From an uncultured Acidobacteriota bacterium (GTDB lineage Bacteria; Acidobacteriota; Thermoanaerobaculia; Gp7-AA8), in the NCBI GenBank assembly GCA_963741955.1, contig CAVUKB010000004.1, positions 384,001 to 448,000 of the forward strand: a stretch of 64,000 nucleotides of DNA. The letters run 5' to 3'. The translations under genes were made by a program, and so were the position numbers. The notes beneath the pieces are model-generated. The model did not search any database, had not been told where the DNA came from, and was given only the letters and a program-made list of their open reading frames with translations. Of this stretch, positions 28,874 to 42,337 are shown one piece after another (position 1 is the stretch's first letter; each line of letters starts with the position of its first letter).

Positions 28874-29268
28874 TGCTCGGCGAGACAGGAGGCGATCATT
28901 TCCAGGAAGGCTTCGAGATCGAACGGTTTGAGGATCGAGTTGCAGACGCTGTCGGGCGGGATGCGCTCGACGCCCCGCGGCCCGGCGGCCGTGAACACGA
29001 TCACGTGAGGTGGGGGCGAATGGGTTCCTTCGCGCTTCAGAGTTTCCAGGAATTCGAATCCGTTCACCTTCGGCATCATCAGATCGAGGAGGATCAGGTC
29101 GTAACGGTTGCGACGGACTTTTTCGATGCCCGCGCTCCCGTCTTCGGCCAGGTCGACGGTGAAGTGAAGACGTTGCAGAACCGCCTGGAGCAGCACACGA
29201 ATCGCGAGGTCGTCGTCGATGACGATAATGTTCCGTCCGGTGCCGTCGATTCTCGTCAGGTTCTGCAT
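28855..29268 (-). CDS. Single-domain response regulator (CheY-like)
   Basis: IIVIDDD, LILLDLMMPKVNG, VFTA, LKPF. Confidence 0.85.
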   Translation of the reverse strand: MQNLTRIDGTGRNIIVIDDDLAIRVLLQAVLQRLHFTVDLAEDGSAGIEKVRRNRYDLILLDLMMPKVNGFEFLETLKREGTHSPPPHVIVFTAAGPRGVERIPPDSVCNSILKPFDLEAFLEMIASCLAEHQAESG

Positions 29269-29414
29269 TTTCCGGGGGCTGTAGGTTTACAAGGGTTAAC
29301 CGGAACTTTCTGGAAGGACGATATGCGGAAACGGGGCCAGAGATCGAGAGTGACATTCAATCTCATGGAAGTCCAGTAGAAAGAGCGGCTTGCATTTCCG
29401 TACAGTTCAGGTGA

Positions 29415-31455
<2,041 letters not shown>

Positions 31456-31457
<2 letters not shown>

Positions 31458-31587
31458 TTTGCGCGAATTGCGCTGAGCTTGACCCGGTTCCGTTGACGGT
31501 TCAGAGCCCGGGCGTTCAGGTGTCCACTGAGAAAGCCAACCCGGGTCAACTCCAGGACTCCAATTTCGCGCAAATCGCGCAAATGAA
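31456..31587. repeat. Long imperfect inverted repeat between convergent ligA and surA-like genes, carrying GCAAATCGCGCAAATGAA
   Basis: ATTTGCGCGAATTG (31457) pairs with CAATTTCGCGCAAAT (31561); TTGACCCGG (31479) pairs with CCGGGTCAA (31541). Confidence 0.75.
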
Positions 31588-32238
31588 CTACCGGTACACG
31601 AACACGTCCACGTTCGCGTGCGAGCGGAGCTGCTTCGTCCAGCGGTCGACTTCCTGCTGGAGGCGCTGCTGCTTGAGGAGATCGCGGATCGCTTCCCGCA
31701 CGTCGCCGAGAGGCTGGACCGGAAGGCCCTGGCGCTTCCGCATCGGAACCCACGTGTCGGTGTAGTAGCGCTCGATCTCGTCGAGGGACACGAAAATCGT
31801 CGGCGAGAATCGCTCCTCGATGTATGCCTCCACCTGCAGCTGGCGCTTGAGAATCGCCTTCAGTTCGTCGAGACTCAACTCCATCTTCGACAGAGTCTCC
31901 TCGAACGCCGCCTGAGACGGGAAGCGCTGTATCACCTGCTGGAGTCTCGCTTCGATCGCATCCTTCGAGACGTCCTGCGCGCCGAAGCGTTCGACGTCAC
32001 GGAAGCGGAGGAGCTGCGCGATCATCGCGTCGAGGACCCGCCGGTGGTACGTTGCCTCGTCTTCATCCGCGTTCTTCGGGATCACGCGGAGGTTGATGAT
32101 CTGGTTGACCTCGGAAAGGGTGATCACCTCCTGCTCCACCACCGCCGCGATGCGGTCGATGATCTCCGCCCGCGCGGGGATCGCGGCGACGGAGATGAAG
32201 ATGAAGGCGGCCAGAATCGCTGTTGCGCTCTTTCGCAC
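31588..32238 (-). CDS. SurA N-terminal-like periplasmic chaperone
   Basis: Signal peptide, IIDRIAAVVEQEVITLSEV, terminal WTKQLRSHANV. Confidence 0.8.
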   Translation of the reverse strand: MRKSATAILAAFIFISVAAIPARAEIIDRIAAVVEQEVITLSEVNQIINLRVIPKNADEDEATYHRRVLDAMIAQLLRFRDVERFGAQDVSKDAIEARLQQVIQRFPSQAAFEETLSKMELSLDELKAILKRQLQVEAYIEERFSPTIFVSLDEIERYYTDTWVPMRKRQGLPVQPLGDVREAIRDLLKQQRLQQEVDRWTKQLRSHANVDVFVYR

Positions 32239-32429
32239 GTCTCTATTGTACCGTCGGGGGCGGCGTCATCTGCGAGCTCCCGTCGCTTTCGTGAACCTGC
32301 GCTTCGAATACCTGCCGCCGCAGCCGGCCGGGCCACGCCGCAGACTCCGAGACTGCTGCAAATTTCGATCACAGCGGACTTTACACTTCGGAACGGCGGG
32401 AATCATCGGGCGTGGCGTTCCGGTTCTTC

Positions 32430-32458
32430 TTGACACCAGACGTCTATATTTTTAGATT
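32430..32458 (+). promoter_or_regulatory. Sigma70 promoter of the hrcA-dnaK operon
   Basis: TTGACA (32430-32435)-17bp-TAGATT (32453-32458), abutting CIRCE. Confidence 0.75.
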
Positions 32459-32483
32459 AGCACTCGAGCACGAGGAGTGCTAA
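32457..32483. promoter_or_regulatory. CIRCE operator (HrcA binding site)
   Basis: Perfect TTAGCACTC-N9-GAGTGCTAA directly upstream of hrcA. Confidence 0.97.
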
Positions 32484-32488
32484 GACCG

Positions 32489-33559
32489 ATGACAGCCAAA
32501 TCCCCGAATCAGGACGAAGTTCTCGAAGGCCGCTGGCGTGAGGTCATGCGGGAGATCGTGCTGCAGTTCATCGCCCACGGCGAGCCGGTCAGCTCCCGTT
32601 CGCTCTCGAAATCCGGCCGCTTCAACCTCTCGCCCGCGTCGCTTCGCAACGTGATGGCGGACCTCGAGGATCTCGGCTTCGTCCAGCAGCCGCACACCTC
32701 CGCAGGCCGCATCCCGACCGATCGCGGCTACCGCTTCTTCATCGACCACCTGATGCGCTCGCACCGGCTCCAGCAGGTGGAGCGATCCGCGATCGAGGAA
32801 GGGATGGCGAGCGCGACGGAGCTCGACCACGTGATGCACATCGCGTCGAAGGTGCTTTCGCAGCTGAGCGATCAGGTGGGGCTCGCATTCATTCCGACTC
32901 TCCACCAGCTCTCGATGCGGAGCATCGACTTCATCCCCGTCGCCGAGCGGAAGATCATGTGCGTCGTAGTCGGAACCGACGGGGTAGTGGTGAACAAGAT
33001 CGTCGACACGACCGAGCCCTATTCACGGGAAGAGCTCGAGAGGATCGCACATCAGATCACCGACGATTATCACGGGATGACGCTCTCGGAGATCCGGGAG
33101 AAGCTGCTGGCGGCGATCCGCGAGGAGCGGGCGAAGTTCGACCGTCAGTACGTCCGCACGCTCGAGCTCGGCGTCGGCGCCGTGGAAGGGGTCATGCCGC
33201 ACGAGCAGGAGCTGGTGCTCGAAGGAGCCTCGTCGATCTTCAACAAGCCCGAGTTCTCGGACGTCGATGCAATGCGGAAAGCGATGCTCGCGTTTCAGGA
33301 AAAGGAGAAACTCGTTGCGATTCTCAATCGCTGCCTGAACGAGGATGGTCTCCGGATCTTCGTCGGTTCGGAGTCTCCCTACACGCAGGACTACAATTTC
33401 AGTATCGTGGCGACGCGCTACGGTTCCGGCAGAGTGCCGCTCGGGCTGGTCGGAGTCATCGGGCCGACCCGGATGGAATACGCGCGCGTCTCGACGATCG
33501 TCGACTACCTGGCGCAGGTCATGACCAGGAGAATCGAAGAAGCACAGGAGAATGGGTAA
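32489..33559 (+). CDS. hrcA: Heat-inducible transcription repressor HrcA
   Basis: EPVSS, SPASLRNVMADLE, QPHTSAGRIPTDRGYR, GVIGPTRMEY. Confidence 0.96.
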   Translation: MTAKSPNQDEVLEGRWREVMREIVLQFIAHGEPVSSRSLSKSGRFNLSPASLRNVMADLEDLGFVQQPHTSAGRIPTDRGYRFFIDHLMRSHRLQQVERSAIEEGMASATELDHVMHIASKVLSQLSDQVGLAFIPTLHQLSMRSIDFIPVAERKIMCVVVGTDGVVVNKIVDTTEPYSREELERIAHQITDDYHGMTLSEIREKLLAAIREERAKFDRQYVRTLELGVGAVEGVMPHEQELVLEGASSIFNKPEFSDVDAMRKAMLAFQEKEKLVAILNRCLNEDGLRIFVGSESPYTQDYNFSIVATRYGSGRVPLGLVGVIGPTRMEYARVSTIVDYLAQVMTRRIEEAQENG

Positions 33560-34183
33560 GTGAGTGACGAGAACGACCGCCCCGAAGAGCAGGACGAGGA
33601 CGTCTATTTCATCGATGGCGACGACTCCTCCCTGCAGGAAGCTTACGACCAGGCTTTGAAGAGCTCACCCGAAGAGGACGAAGCATCGACCGGTCCCGCC
33701 GTCGAGACGGACCCCGGCTCCGCCACAGAGGTCGAGCAGCTCAGGAATCAGCTGCTCCGCTCCCGGGCGGATTTCGATAATTTCCGCAAACGGATGGAGC
33801 GCGAGAAGGGGGAGTACCGCAAGTACGCCCTCTCCGAGCTGATCCGGCAGATCCTCCCGGTGATCGACAACTTCGAGCGCGCCCTTTCCTCTCCCCACTC
33901 CGAGGGAGAAGAATTCCGAAAAGGCGTAGAATTGATTTACAAGCAACTCCTGGACGTGCTGAAGCGGGAAGGAGTCCGGCCTGTCGAAGAGGCTCCCGTC
34001 CCGTTCGATCCGACTTTTCACGAAGCGATCACACGGGAAGAGAACACCGGCTTCGAGCCGCACACGGTCATCGACGTGCTCCAGAAAGGATACTTCCTGC
34101 ATGACCGGTTGCTGCGCCCGGCGATGGTCCGGGTGGCAGTGGACAGTGAGCCGGCCGGAAGCCAGAACGAGAACGCGGAGTAA
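33560..34183 (+). CDS. grpE: Nucleotide exchange factor GrpE
   Basis: ADFDNFRKR, LPVIDNFERAL, FDPTFHEA, QKGY...LLRPAMV. Confidence 0.96.
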   Translation: MSDENDRPEEQDEDVYFIDGDDSSLQEAYDQALKSSPEEDEASTGPAVETDPGSATEVEQLRNQLLRSRADFDNFRKRMEREKGEYRKYALSELIRQILPVIDNFERALSSPHSEGEEFRKGVELIYKQLLDVLKREGVRPVEEAPVPFDPTFHEAITREENTGFEPHTVIDVLQKGYFLHDRLLRPAMVRVAVDSEPAGSQNENAE

Positions 34184-34207
34184 GCGCCGCACCAACGGAA
34201 CTCGGGC

Positions 34208-36052
<1,845 letters not shown>

Positions 36053-36148
36053 TCCTTTTTTCTTCGAGCCGATCGGCGTCCGGCGAAGCCGGAGTCGCTC
36101 CTCATCATCGATAACGCCCTGAACCCGGAGGTCGAAACCGAAGTGGCT

Positions 36149-37267
36149 ATGGCAGGTACCCAGAAACGAGATTACTACGAGGTCCTCAGCGTCGAGCGCA
36201 GCGCGTCTGTCGAAGAGATCAAGAAGTCCTACCGCAAGCTGGCGATCCAGTATCACCCCGACAAGAACCCGGGCGACGCGACCGCGGAAGAGAGATTCAA
36301 GGAAGCCGCGGAAGCCTATGCGGTTCTCTCCGACAGCGAGAAGAGGGCGCGCTACGATCGATTCGGACATCAGGGGATGAACGGCGCCGCCGGCTTCGAT
36401 CCCTCCCAGTTCGTCGACTTCTCGGATATCCTCGGGGACCTTTTCGGCTTCGGCGATTTCTTCGGCGGCGGTGGCCGGCGTCGCGCGAACCGCCCCGCCC
36501 GGGGTGCCGACCTCCGCTACGACATGCGGCTCACGTTCGAAGAGGCGATCCGCGGAACCGACTCCGAGATCCGGATCGCACGCGCCGCCGCTTGCGGCAC
36601 CTGCAGCGGTTCGGGCGCCAAGCCGGGAACTTCGCCCACCGCATGCAACACGTGCGGCGGCCGGGGTCAGGTCCGCTTCAGCCAGGGATTCTTCGCCGTG
36701 GCGCGCACCTGTCCGAGTTGTGGAGGAACGGGGCGGATGATCTCCGATCCCTGCCCCTCGTGCAGCGGGACGGGGCGAGTCCACGAAGAGAAGAAGCTCT
36801 CGGTCAAAGTTCCCGCCGGTGTCGACGACGGCACCCGTCTCCGCGTTGCCGGCGAAGGTGAAGCGGGATGGAACGGCGGTCCTCCCGGGGATCTCTACGT
36901 CTTCATCTCCGTCGAGGAGGACGACCACTTTGTGCGGCGCGACTACGACATCCACGTCGAGCTTCCGCTCACGTACACCCAGGTGGCGCTCGGCACCGAG
37001 ATCATGGTGAAGACCATCCACGGCGAGGAGAAGCTGAAGGTCCCCGCCGCAACGCAGCCCGACCGCGTCTTCCGCTTCAAAGGGAAAGGCGTGCCATTCG
37101 TCGACGGATCGGGTCGCGGCGACCACTTCGTCCACGTCAAGCTCCATGTCCCGGGAAACCTCTCCGCGCGTCAGCGCGAGCTGCTCGAAGAGCTCGCGAC
37201 GCTGGAGGGAGAAGCTCCGGGAGAGCGGGGCGTCTTCGACAAGATGAAGGGTTTCTTCCACGGCTGA
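36149..37267 (+). CDS. dnaJ: Co-chaperone DnaJ
   Basis: J domain with HPD, G/F region, four CxxCxGxG repeats. Confidence 0.97.
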   Translation: MAGTQKRDYYEVLSVERSASVEEIKKSYRKLAIQYHPDKNPGDATAEERFKEAAEAYAVLSDSEKRARYDRFGHQGMNGAAGFDPSQFVDFSDILGDLFGFGDFFGGGGRRRANRPARGADLRYDMRLTFEEAIRGTDSEIRIARAAACGTCSGSGAKPGTSPTACNTCGGRGQVRFSQGFFAVARTCPSCGGTGRMISDPCPSCSGTGRVHEEKKLSVKVPAGVDDGTRLRVAGEGEAGWNGGPPGDLYVFISVEEDDHFVRRDYDIHVELPLTYTQVALGTEIMVKTIHGEEKLKVPAATQPDRVFRFKGKGVPFVDGSGRGDHFVHVKLHVPGNLSARQRELLEELATLEGEAPGERGVFDKMKGFFHG

Positions 37268-37288
37268 CACGGAAGGAGCCGCACTCCG

Positions 37289-38161
37289 ATGACCGATCAC
37301 GTTCTGGAGATCGTCTGGGCCGCGTCGCGGACGGACCTCGGCGAGCGGATCGAAGCAGAGCTCTACCTCTTCTCGCCGGGCGGCTGGGCGATGGAGGAGG
37401 AAGGGCCGATGATGGTCGCCCGGGCCTGGTTCGCCGGGGCAGAGGAGCGATCACGCGTCGCAGACGCCCTCGGCGCGATCGAGGGAGTGGCGGTGGACGC
37501 GATCGAGCGCCGCACGATCGACTGGCTCGAGCATTACCAGCAGTCGCTCCACGCGCTGACCATCGGGACGCGATGGATCGTCGCACCCGACGCCGCGCTG
37601 GTGGGGGAGAGTGATCGGATTCCGCTGATCGTTCCGCAGGAGCGGGCGTTCGGGACGGGTTCGCACGAGAGCACCGCGCTCTGTCTGGAGATGCTCGAAG
37701 AGCTGCCGCTGGAAGGGCGGGAAGGACTCGACATCGGAACGGGAAGCGGAATACTCGCCATCGCGATGGTCAAGCTCGGCGCGCGGCACGTCGTTGCATT
37801 CGACAACGACACGGAGACGATCGACATCGTCGGACCGAACCTCGCGCGCAACGGCATCCCGGGCGATCACATCGGCTTCTTCGTCGGCGCGCCGGAATCG
37901 ATTCGGGCGCGGGAGTTCGCGCTGGTGACCATGAACATCCTCCCGGAAGTGATCGTGCCGCTGCTGCCGCAGGTGCGGTCGTTTCTGGGGCCGGACGGAA
38001 ACCTGATCGTCAGTGGAATCCTCCACTCCAGACGCGAGGACATCCTCTCCGCCGCAAGCGCTGAAGCCCTGACCCTCGCGAGCGAGTCGACCCGCGGCGA
38101 ATGGTGGTGCGGCCTCCTCCGGAACGATGAAGCCCGGTTGGCCGTCCCTCCGGAACGATGA
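37289..38161 (+). CDS. prmA: Ribosomal protein L11 methyltransferase
   Basis: AFGTGSHEST, LDIGTGSGILAI, SGIL; canonical position after dnaJ. Confidence 0.9.
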   Translation: MTDHVLEIVWAASRTDLGERIEAELYLFSPGGWAMEEEGPMMVARAWFAGAEERSRVADALGAIEGVAVDAIERRTIDWLEHYQQSLHALTIGTRWIVAPDAALVGESDRIPLIVPQERAFGTGSHESTALCLEMLEELPLEGREGLDIGTGSGILAIAMVKLGARHVVAFDNDTETIDIVGPNLARNGIPGDHIGFFVGAPESIRAREFALVTMNILPEVIVPLLPQVRSFLGPDGNLIVSGILHSRREDILSAASAEALTLASESTRGEWWCGLLRNDEARLAVPPER

Positions 38162-38216
38162 GGCCAGGTGGGTCGTTCCTACGGGACGATGAAGGGCGGC
38201 GTCCCGCGCCGGCCTT
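38116..38216. repeat. Three 31-bp tandem units overlapping the prmA 3' end and merging into a fragment of the 219-bp REP family
   Basis: CCT(C/A)CGG(A/G)ACGATGA at 38116, 38147, 38178; then GATGAAGGGCGGCGTCCCGCGCCG. Confidence 0.78.
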
Positions 38217-38519
38217 CTCTTTGCAACTCACGTATCCCGCCCCCCCGCGAGCCGACCTGTCCATGAATAGCGAAGCCTCATCGCCGTCATAGACCCACCT
38301 GGCGAGGTACAATCACCTTGAATGGGTCTCCGTCCGTCTCTGTTCGGACAGCGAAGAGGACGGGTCCCTCCGGCGATGCCCGGGAGCCGAGTGGATTGGG
38401 AGCGGAAAGACTCGGAGATCGAACAGTGGGAACAGCGGCCCTGCCGCGACTCGCGCGTTGCGATTTTCGAAACAGGACCGAGGCGGTGCAACGTCCGGTT
38501 CGTGAGGTGGCCTGTGTTG

Positions 38520-39170
38520 ATGAAAGTCCTGATCGTACTCGCAATGGCGCTCAACTTTTCGCCGACTCTGCTCGGCGCGTGCGCGCCCCGCAAGATGCTG
38601 CGGATCGTCACGCAAAACGAATCTCCTGACCTCGTACCGGGAAGCTTCGGCGCTCTCCCGAAGACGATCTACCGGCTGGGCAACCGTTATGCCCGAATCG
38701 AAGAGCAGCCGGATCGTGCTGCAGGACTCCATCAGCTGATCGTCGTCAATACACCGGACACCTGGGTTGTGAACCTCACAGATCGTACCGCGCGTCACTT
38801 CGTGGATGCCGATCCCGAAGGTGACCTGTCGGTATTGCTCTTTCCGCCGGGAACATTCGGCGAAACGTTCCCGAACGAGCTGGAGCGGATCGAGATCGGT
38901 TGCGAGGTCGCTTTCTTCGATTCCCACGGGAGTCCGAAGACGGTGCTGAAGACCGAGAACGGCACGAAGATCACGCAAGCAGTCGGGCTGACCGGTTGGC
39001 GTCTCGTGCTGGTGCGGGACCGTGAGAGCGGTCCTCCTGTTCTTCTTTTCGTGTTCGAAGGCGACGAGATCGTGTCGGCGATCCGGTATCTCACGTGGGA
39101 AGAGCTCGAACCTGACGAGAAGCTGTTCTCCAGGCCGAAAGACGTCACGATCACGGCGCCCGCCGACTGA
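38520..39170 (+). CDS. Hypothetical exported protein
   Basis: MKVLIVLAMALNFSPTLLGAC signal-like N-terminus; beta-rich, possibly LolA-like mature region (inference). Confidence 0.65.
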   Translation: MKVLIVLAMALNFSPTLLGACAPRKMLRIVTQNESPDLVPGSFGALPKTIYRLGNRYARIEEQPDRAAGLHQLIVVNTPDTWVVNLTDRTARHFVDADPEGDLSVLLFPPGTFGETFPNELERIEIGCEVAFFDSHGSPKTVLKTENGTKITQAVGLTGWRLVLVRDRESGPPVLLFVFEGDEIVSAIRYLTWEELEPDEKLFSRPKDVTITAPAD

Positions 39171-39455
39171 CTCGGCAGTCCAGCCAACGGAGCCCGCAGA
39201 AGAGTCGCGTCGATCAACAGTGTCAGGCTCTCGAGCTTCCAGCTCTCACCGACGATCGAGGATGCCTCGAACGCGTGCGTCAGCTCAACCGTTACGCGCT
39301 TCGAAGATCGAGAGCGCGGAATCTCTTCGGAATCGATCGGTTCGCGGTCTTCATCTCGAACGCTTCCTGCTGTATTCTTGGACCAACCCCGCTCTGTTGC
39401 TCGATTACTGAGCTCAACGACTATTTGGCCGGCAAGGGCCATACCGGGAGGTCGC

Positions 39456-40067
39456 ATGAGCCTTTTCTACAAGTTCCAGTATCTCGTCGGCATGAAACCG
39501 TGGGAGCGGATGCCGTCACTTCCCATTGGGGAGCAGGCCGTCGCGTTTCTCGATCAGGAGGAGAGCGGCCGAGAACCTCCTTACGGTCGCGCGCTCGATC
39601 TCGGATGCGGCACCGGGTTCTGGTCGGTTCGCCTGGCTCGACGCGGGTGGGACGTAACCGGTGTCGACATCGTACCGAAGGCAGTGCGCAGCGCGCGCGA
39701 GCGCGCACGCTCGGCCGGCGTGGATAGTCGATTCTACGAAGGGAGCATCACGGCGCTCACGGACGCAGGCGTTGGTTCGGGATTTCGCCTCATTCTCGAC
39801 TTCGGTGTCGTACATGGCCTCTCTCCCGAGGACGTGCGGGCGGTGAGCCGCGAGGTTACGGCAGTGGCCTCCGAGGACGCCACGCTCCTGATGTATGCGT
39901 TCTCACCGGGGCGGCGAGGACCGCTGCCGCGAGGGATCAGTCGGGAAGAGGTCGAACGGGCGTATGAGGAATGGGCGATCACCGACGACGAACCATTCCT
40001 TTTGACCGGAGCGCCCCGGTTCGTGCAGAAGGCACATCCTCACTTCTACCGCCTTCGCCGCAGATGA
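39456..40067 (+). CDS. Class I SAM-dependent methyltransferase
   Basis: GGAGG SD; PWE, ALDLGCGTG, VTGVD motifs. Confidence 0.88.
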   Translation: MSLFYKFQYLVGMKPWERMPSLPIGEQAVAFLDQEESGREPPYGRALDLGCGTGFWSVRLARRGWDVTGVDIVPKAVRSARERARSAGVDSRFYEGSITALTDAGVGSGFRLILDFGVVHGLSPEDVRAVSREVTAVASEDATLLMYAFSPGRRGPLPRGISREEVERAYEEWAITDDEPFLLTGAPRFVQKAHPHFYRLRRR

Positions 40068-40180
40068 TCGTGATGGGCCAGTCGCCGGCGGTTTCCATAG
40101 CGCGCCGGCGTCGTGGTCACTCCGGCCGGCTGAGGCAAACTGTGATGCCGCCCATTGGCTGACAACGGTGAGAACCAGTT

Positions 40181-40747
40181 ATGAACGCGACACGGCAGAT
40201 CCTATTCGTTCAGGGAGGTGGCAAGGGCGTCCACGACGAGTGGGATCAGAGACTCGTCGAGAGTCTCCGCCGGGAGCTTGGACCGGACTGCGAGATCCGC
40301 TATCCGCGAATGCCGAACGAAGACGATCCGAACTATGCCTCGTGGAAGACGGCGCTGGAAAGAGAGTTTGCGGAGCTCGGTGATGGTGCAATTCTCGTGG
40401 GCCACTCGGTCGGCGGAACGATTCTGCTCAAAGTGCTCACCGAGCATTGGTCGGGCCGGGAGCTCGGCGCGATCGTTCTGATCGCGACACCGTTCGTCGG
40501 CGATGGGGGCTGGCCAGCCGATGATCTGCAGTTCCCGTCCGACCTTGGTGGGCACCTTCCGGACGGCGTTCCGATTCATTTCTTTCAAGGACTCGACGAC
40601 GGGGTGGTGCCACCATCGCATGTCGAGCTCTACGCGCGCGCGGTTCCGCAGGCTCGCGTTCATCGCCTCCCGGGCCGCGACCATCAGCTCAATGACGACC
40701 TGAGCGAGGTTGCTGCAGCGATCCTGTCGCTCGAAGCGAGACGCTGA
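40181..40747 (+). CDS. Alpha/beta hydrolase (YdeN/RBBP9-like)
   Basis: GHSVG nucleophile elbow, DD..VP, terminal His (GRDHQ). Confidence 0.85.
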   Translation: MNATRQILFVQGGGKGVHDEWDQRLVESLRRELGPDCEIRYPRMPNEDDPNYASWKTALEREFAELGDGAILVGHSVGGTILLKVLTEHWSGRELGAIVLIATPFVGDGGWPADDLQFPSDLGGHLPDGVPIHFFQGLDDGVVPPSHVELYARAVPQARVHRLPGRDHQLNDDLSEVAAAILSLEARR

Positions 40748-40914
40748 GAAGAATGTGGCCACGCGACTCCCGTCGTGACGCTGCCGATCGATCCGCATCC
40801 GCGTCGGTGTCGGCGAGACGTGGTGTAATCTTTCTGCTCTCGGCGCTCATCGGCGCCCGGCCGGCTCGATCAGTTCCGGTGCAGAACGAGTCTTTGCGGG
40901 AGGTGAAACAATTC

Positions 40915-41259
40915 ATGCAGGTTCAATATCTGGAGATCGTGACGAACGACGTCGATGCGGTCTGTGCGGCCTACACCGCAGCGAGCGGGTTGCGTTTCAC
41001 TGAGCCTGACGTCGGCCTCGGAAACGCAAGAACATCTCTCCTCCCGGCGGGCGGCATGGTGGGTGTCCGGGCGCCAATGCACGAAACGGAAAGCCCCACG
41101 GTCCGTCCGTACTGGCTGGTGCCGGACATCGAGGCGGCGGTCGCCGCAGTGGTCGCGGCCGGCGCGGAGATCGCTCATCCGCCGCTCGAGATCCCCGGTC
41201 GTGGAACATTCGCGATCTACATTCTCGGCGGAGTGCAGCACGGCCTGTGGCAGTTGTAG
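40915..41259 (+). CDS. VOC/glyoxalase-superfamily protein
   Basis: GGAGG SD; YLEIVT, YWLVPDIEAA, EIPGRGTFA, GLWQ. Confidence 0.85.
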   Translation: MQVQYLEIVTNDVDAVCAAYTAASGLRFTEPDVGLGNARTSLLPAGGMVGVRAPMHETESPTVRPYWLVPDIEAAVAAVVAAGAEIAHPPLEIPGRGTFAIYILGGVQHGLWQL

Positions 41260-41508
41260 CGACGCGGCCGGCTCCGTGCGGTGATCCGCGCGGCGGATTG
41301 CGAATCCGCACTCCAGGCGGCGGGCCCAGGAGCGCAGACTGCTCGCAACTCGCAACCCACCACCACAGGCTGAACTCGTCAGAGGGCATACCGGTCCGGG
41401 TGTTCGGAACAGGATCTGCACGATCATCAGAGTCATACGACCTCAGTCGTATTCGCCGCTCGAGGCGGTCCGCAGGACAGACGAACGAAAGAGAAGAGGA
41501 AACCCCGC

Positions 41509-41907
41509 ATGAAAGAGATCGCAAATGCCCGGTTTGCCATCAAGAGCTGGAACGAGAGCACTTACAGTGAGGGGGAGGGTCAGCCGAAGCTCACTCGGGC
41601 TACGGTCACCAAGAGCTACACCGGCGATATCGACGGCGAGGCGTCGGTGGAGTACCTGATGATGTATCGCAGCGACGGCTCGGCGACGTTCGTAGGGCTG
41701 GAGCGGGTCAGTGGAAAGATCGGCGGCAAGAGCGGATCGTTCGTGCTCCAACGCACTGGAACATTCGAAGGCGGCGAGGCGAGGGAGTCCTACAGCGTGA
41801 TCCCCGGCTCCGCAACCGGAGATCTGCAGGGCCTCGCGGGCGAGGGGAGCTCCGCCGTCGGTCACGGGGGGGAGCATCCTTTCACTCTCAATTATGAGTT
41901 TGCCTGA
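41509..41907 (+). CDS. DUF3224-like protein
   Basis: F.IKSW.E, GDIDG, FVGLE..G...GKSGSFVLQ, VIPGSATGDL.GL.G. Confidence 0.85.
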   Translation: MKEIANARFAIKSWNESTYSEGEGQPKLTRATVTKSYTGDIDGEASVEYLMMYRSDGSATFVGLERVSGKIGGKSGSFVLQRTGTFEGGEARESYSVIPGSATGDLQGLAGEGSSAVGHGGEHPFTLNYEFA

Positions 41908-42337
41908 CTCTGCAGAAACCTCCTGCCGCGGACGGAGCCGAGTCGGACGCCCCGCGCTCCGCGGCGACGTCCGACTCGGGGGTGCGAATCCTCCGATTCG
42001 CCTCGTAGATCTTGTCGAGTGCGACGAAGACGGCGGCCGCGGCTGAACGCGGAGCGTCGGTGGCGCTGGTGAGCAGCTCCGCTTCTGCCGCGGGGCTGAG
42101 TGATGCTGCGGTCGCTCACGTGCCGTGATCCGCGCCGCGGATTGCGGCGAGAAACGTGATCCCGACGAGGAGCGCAGCACCGGTTCACCAGCTCCTACAA
42201 CGTCCGTGTCCTCGAGCTGCATCGCTCGAAGCGTGCCGGATCCGCAAGCGTTGCAACATTGCCACGAGGAACGCGTATTCGTCGGGTGCGTTGAACTGTC
42301 CAGTCTGGTAGTGTTCGTCTCCTCAGGAGGTCTCGTC

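Noticed and set aside
39170-41500. Integron attC sites between the small accessory genes
   Set aside because: No matching RYYYAAC...GTTRRRY pairs found by eye (only a weak GTTACGC at ~39291) and no intI.
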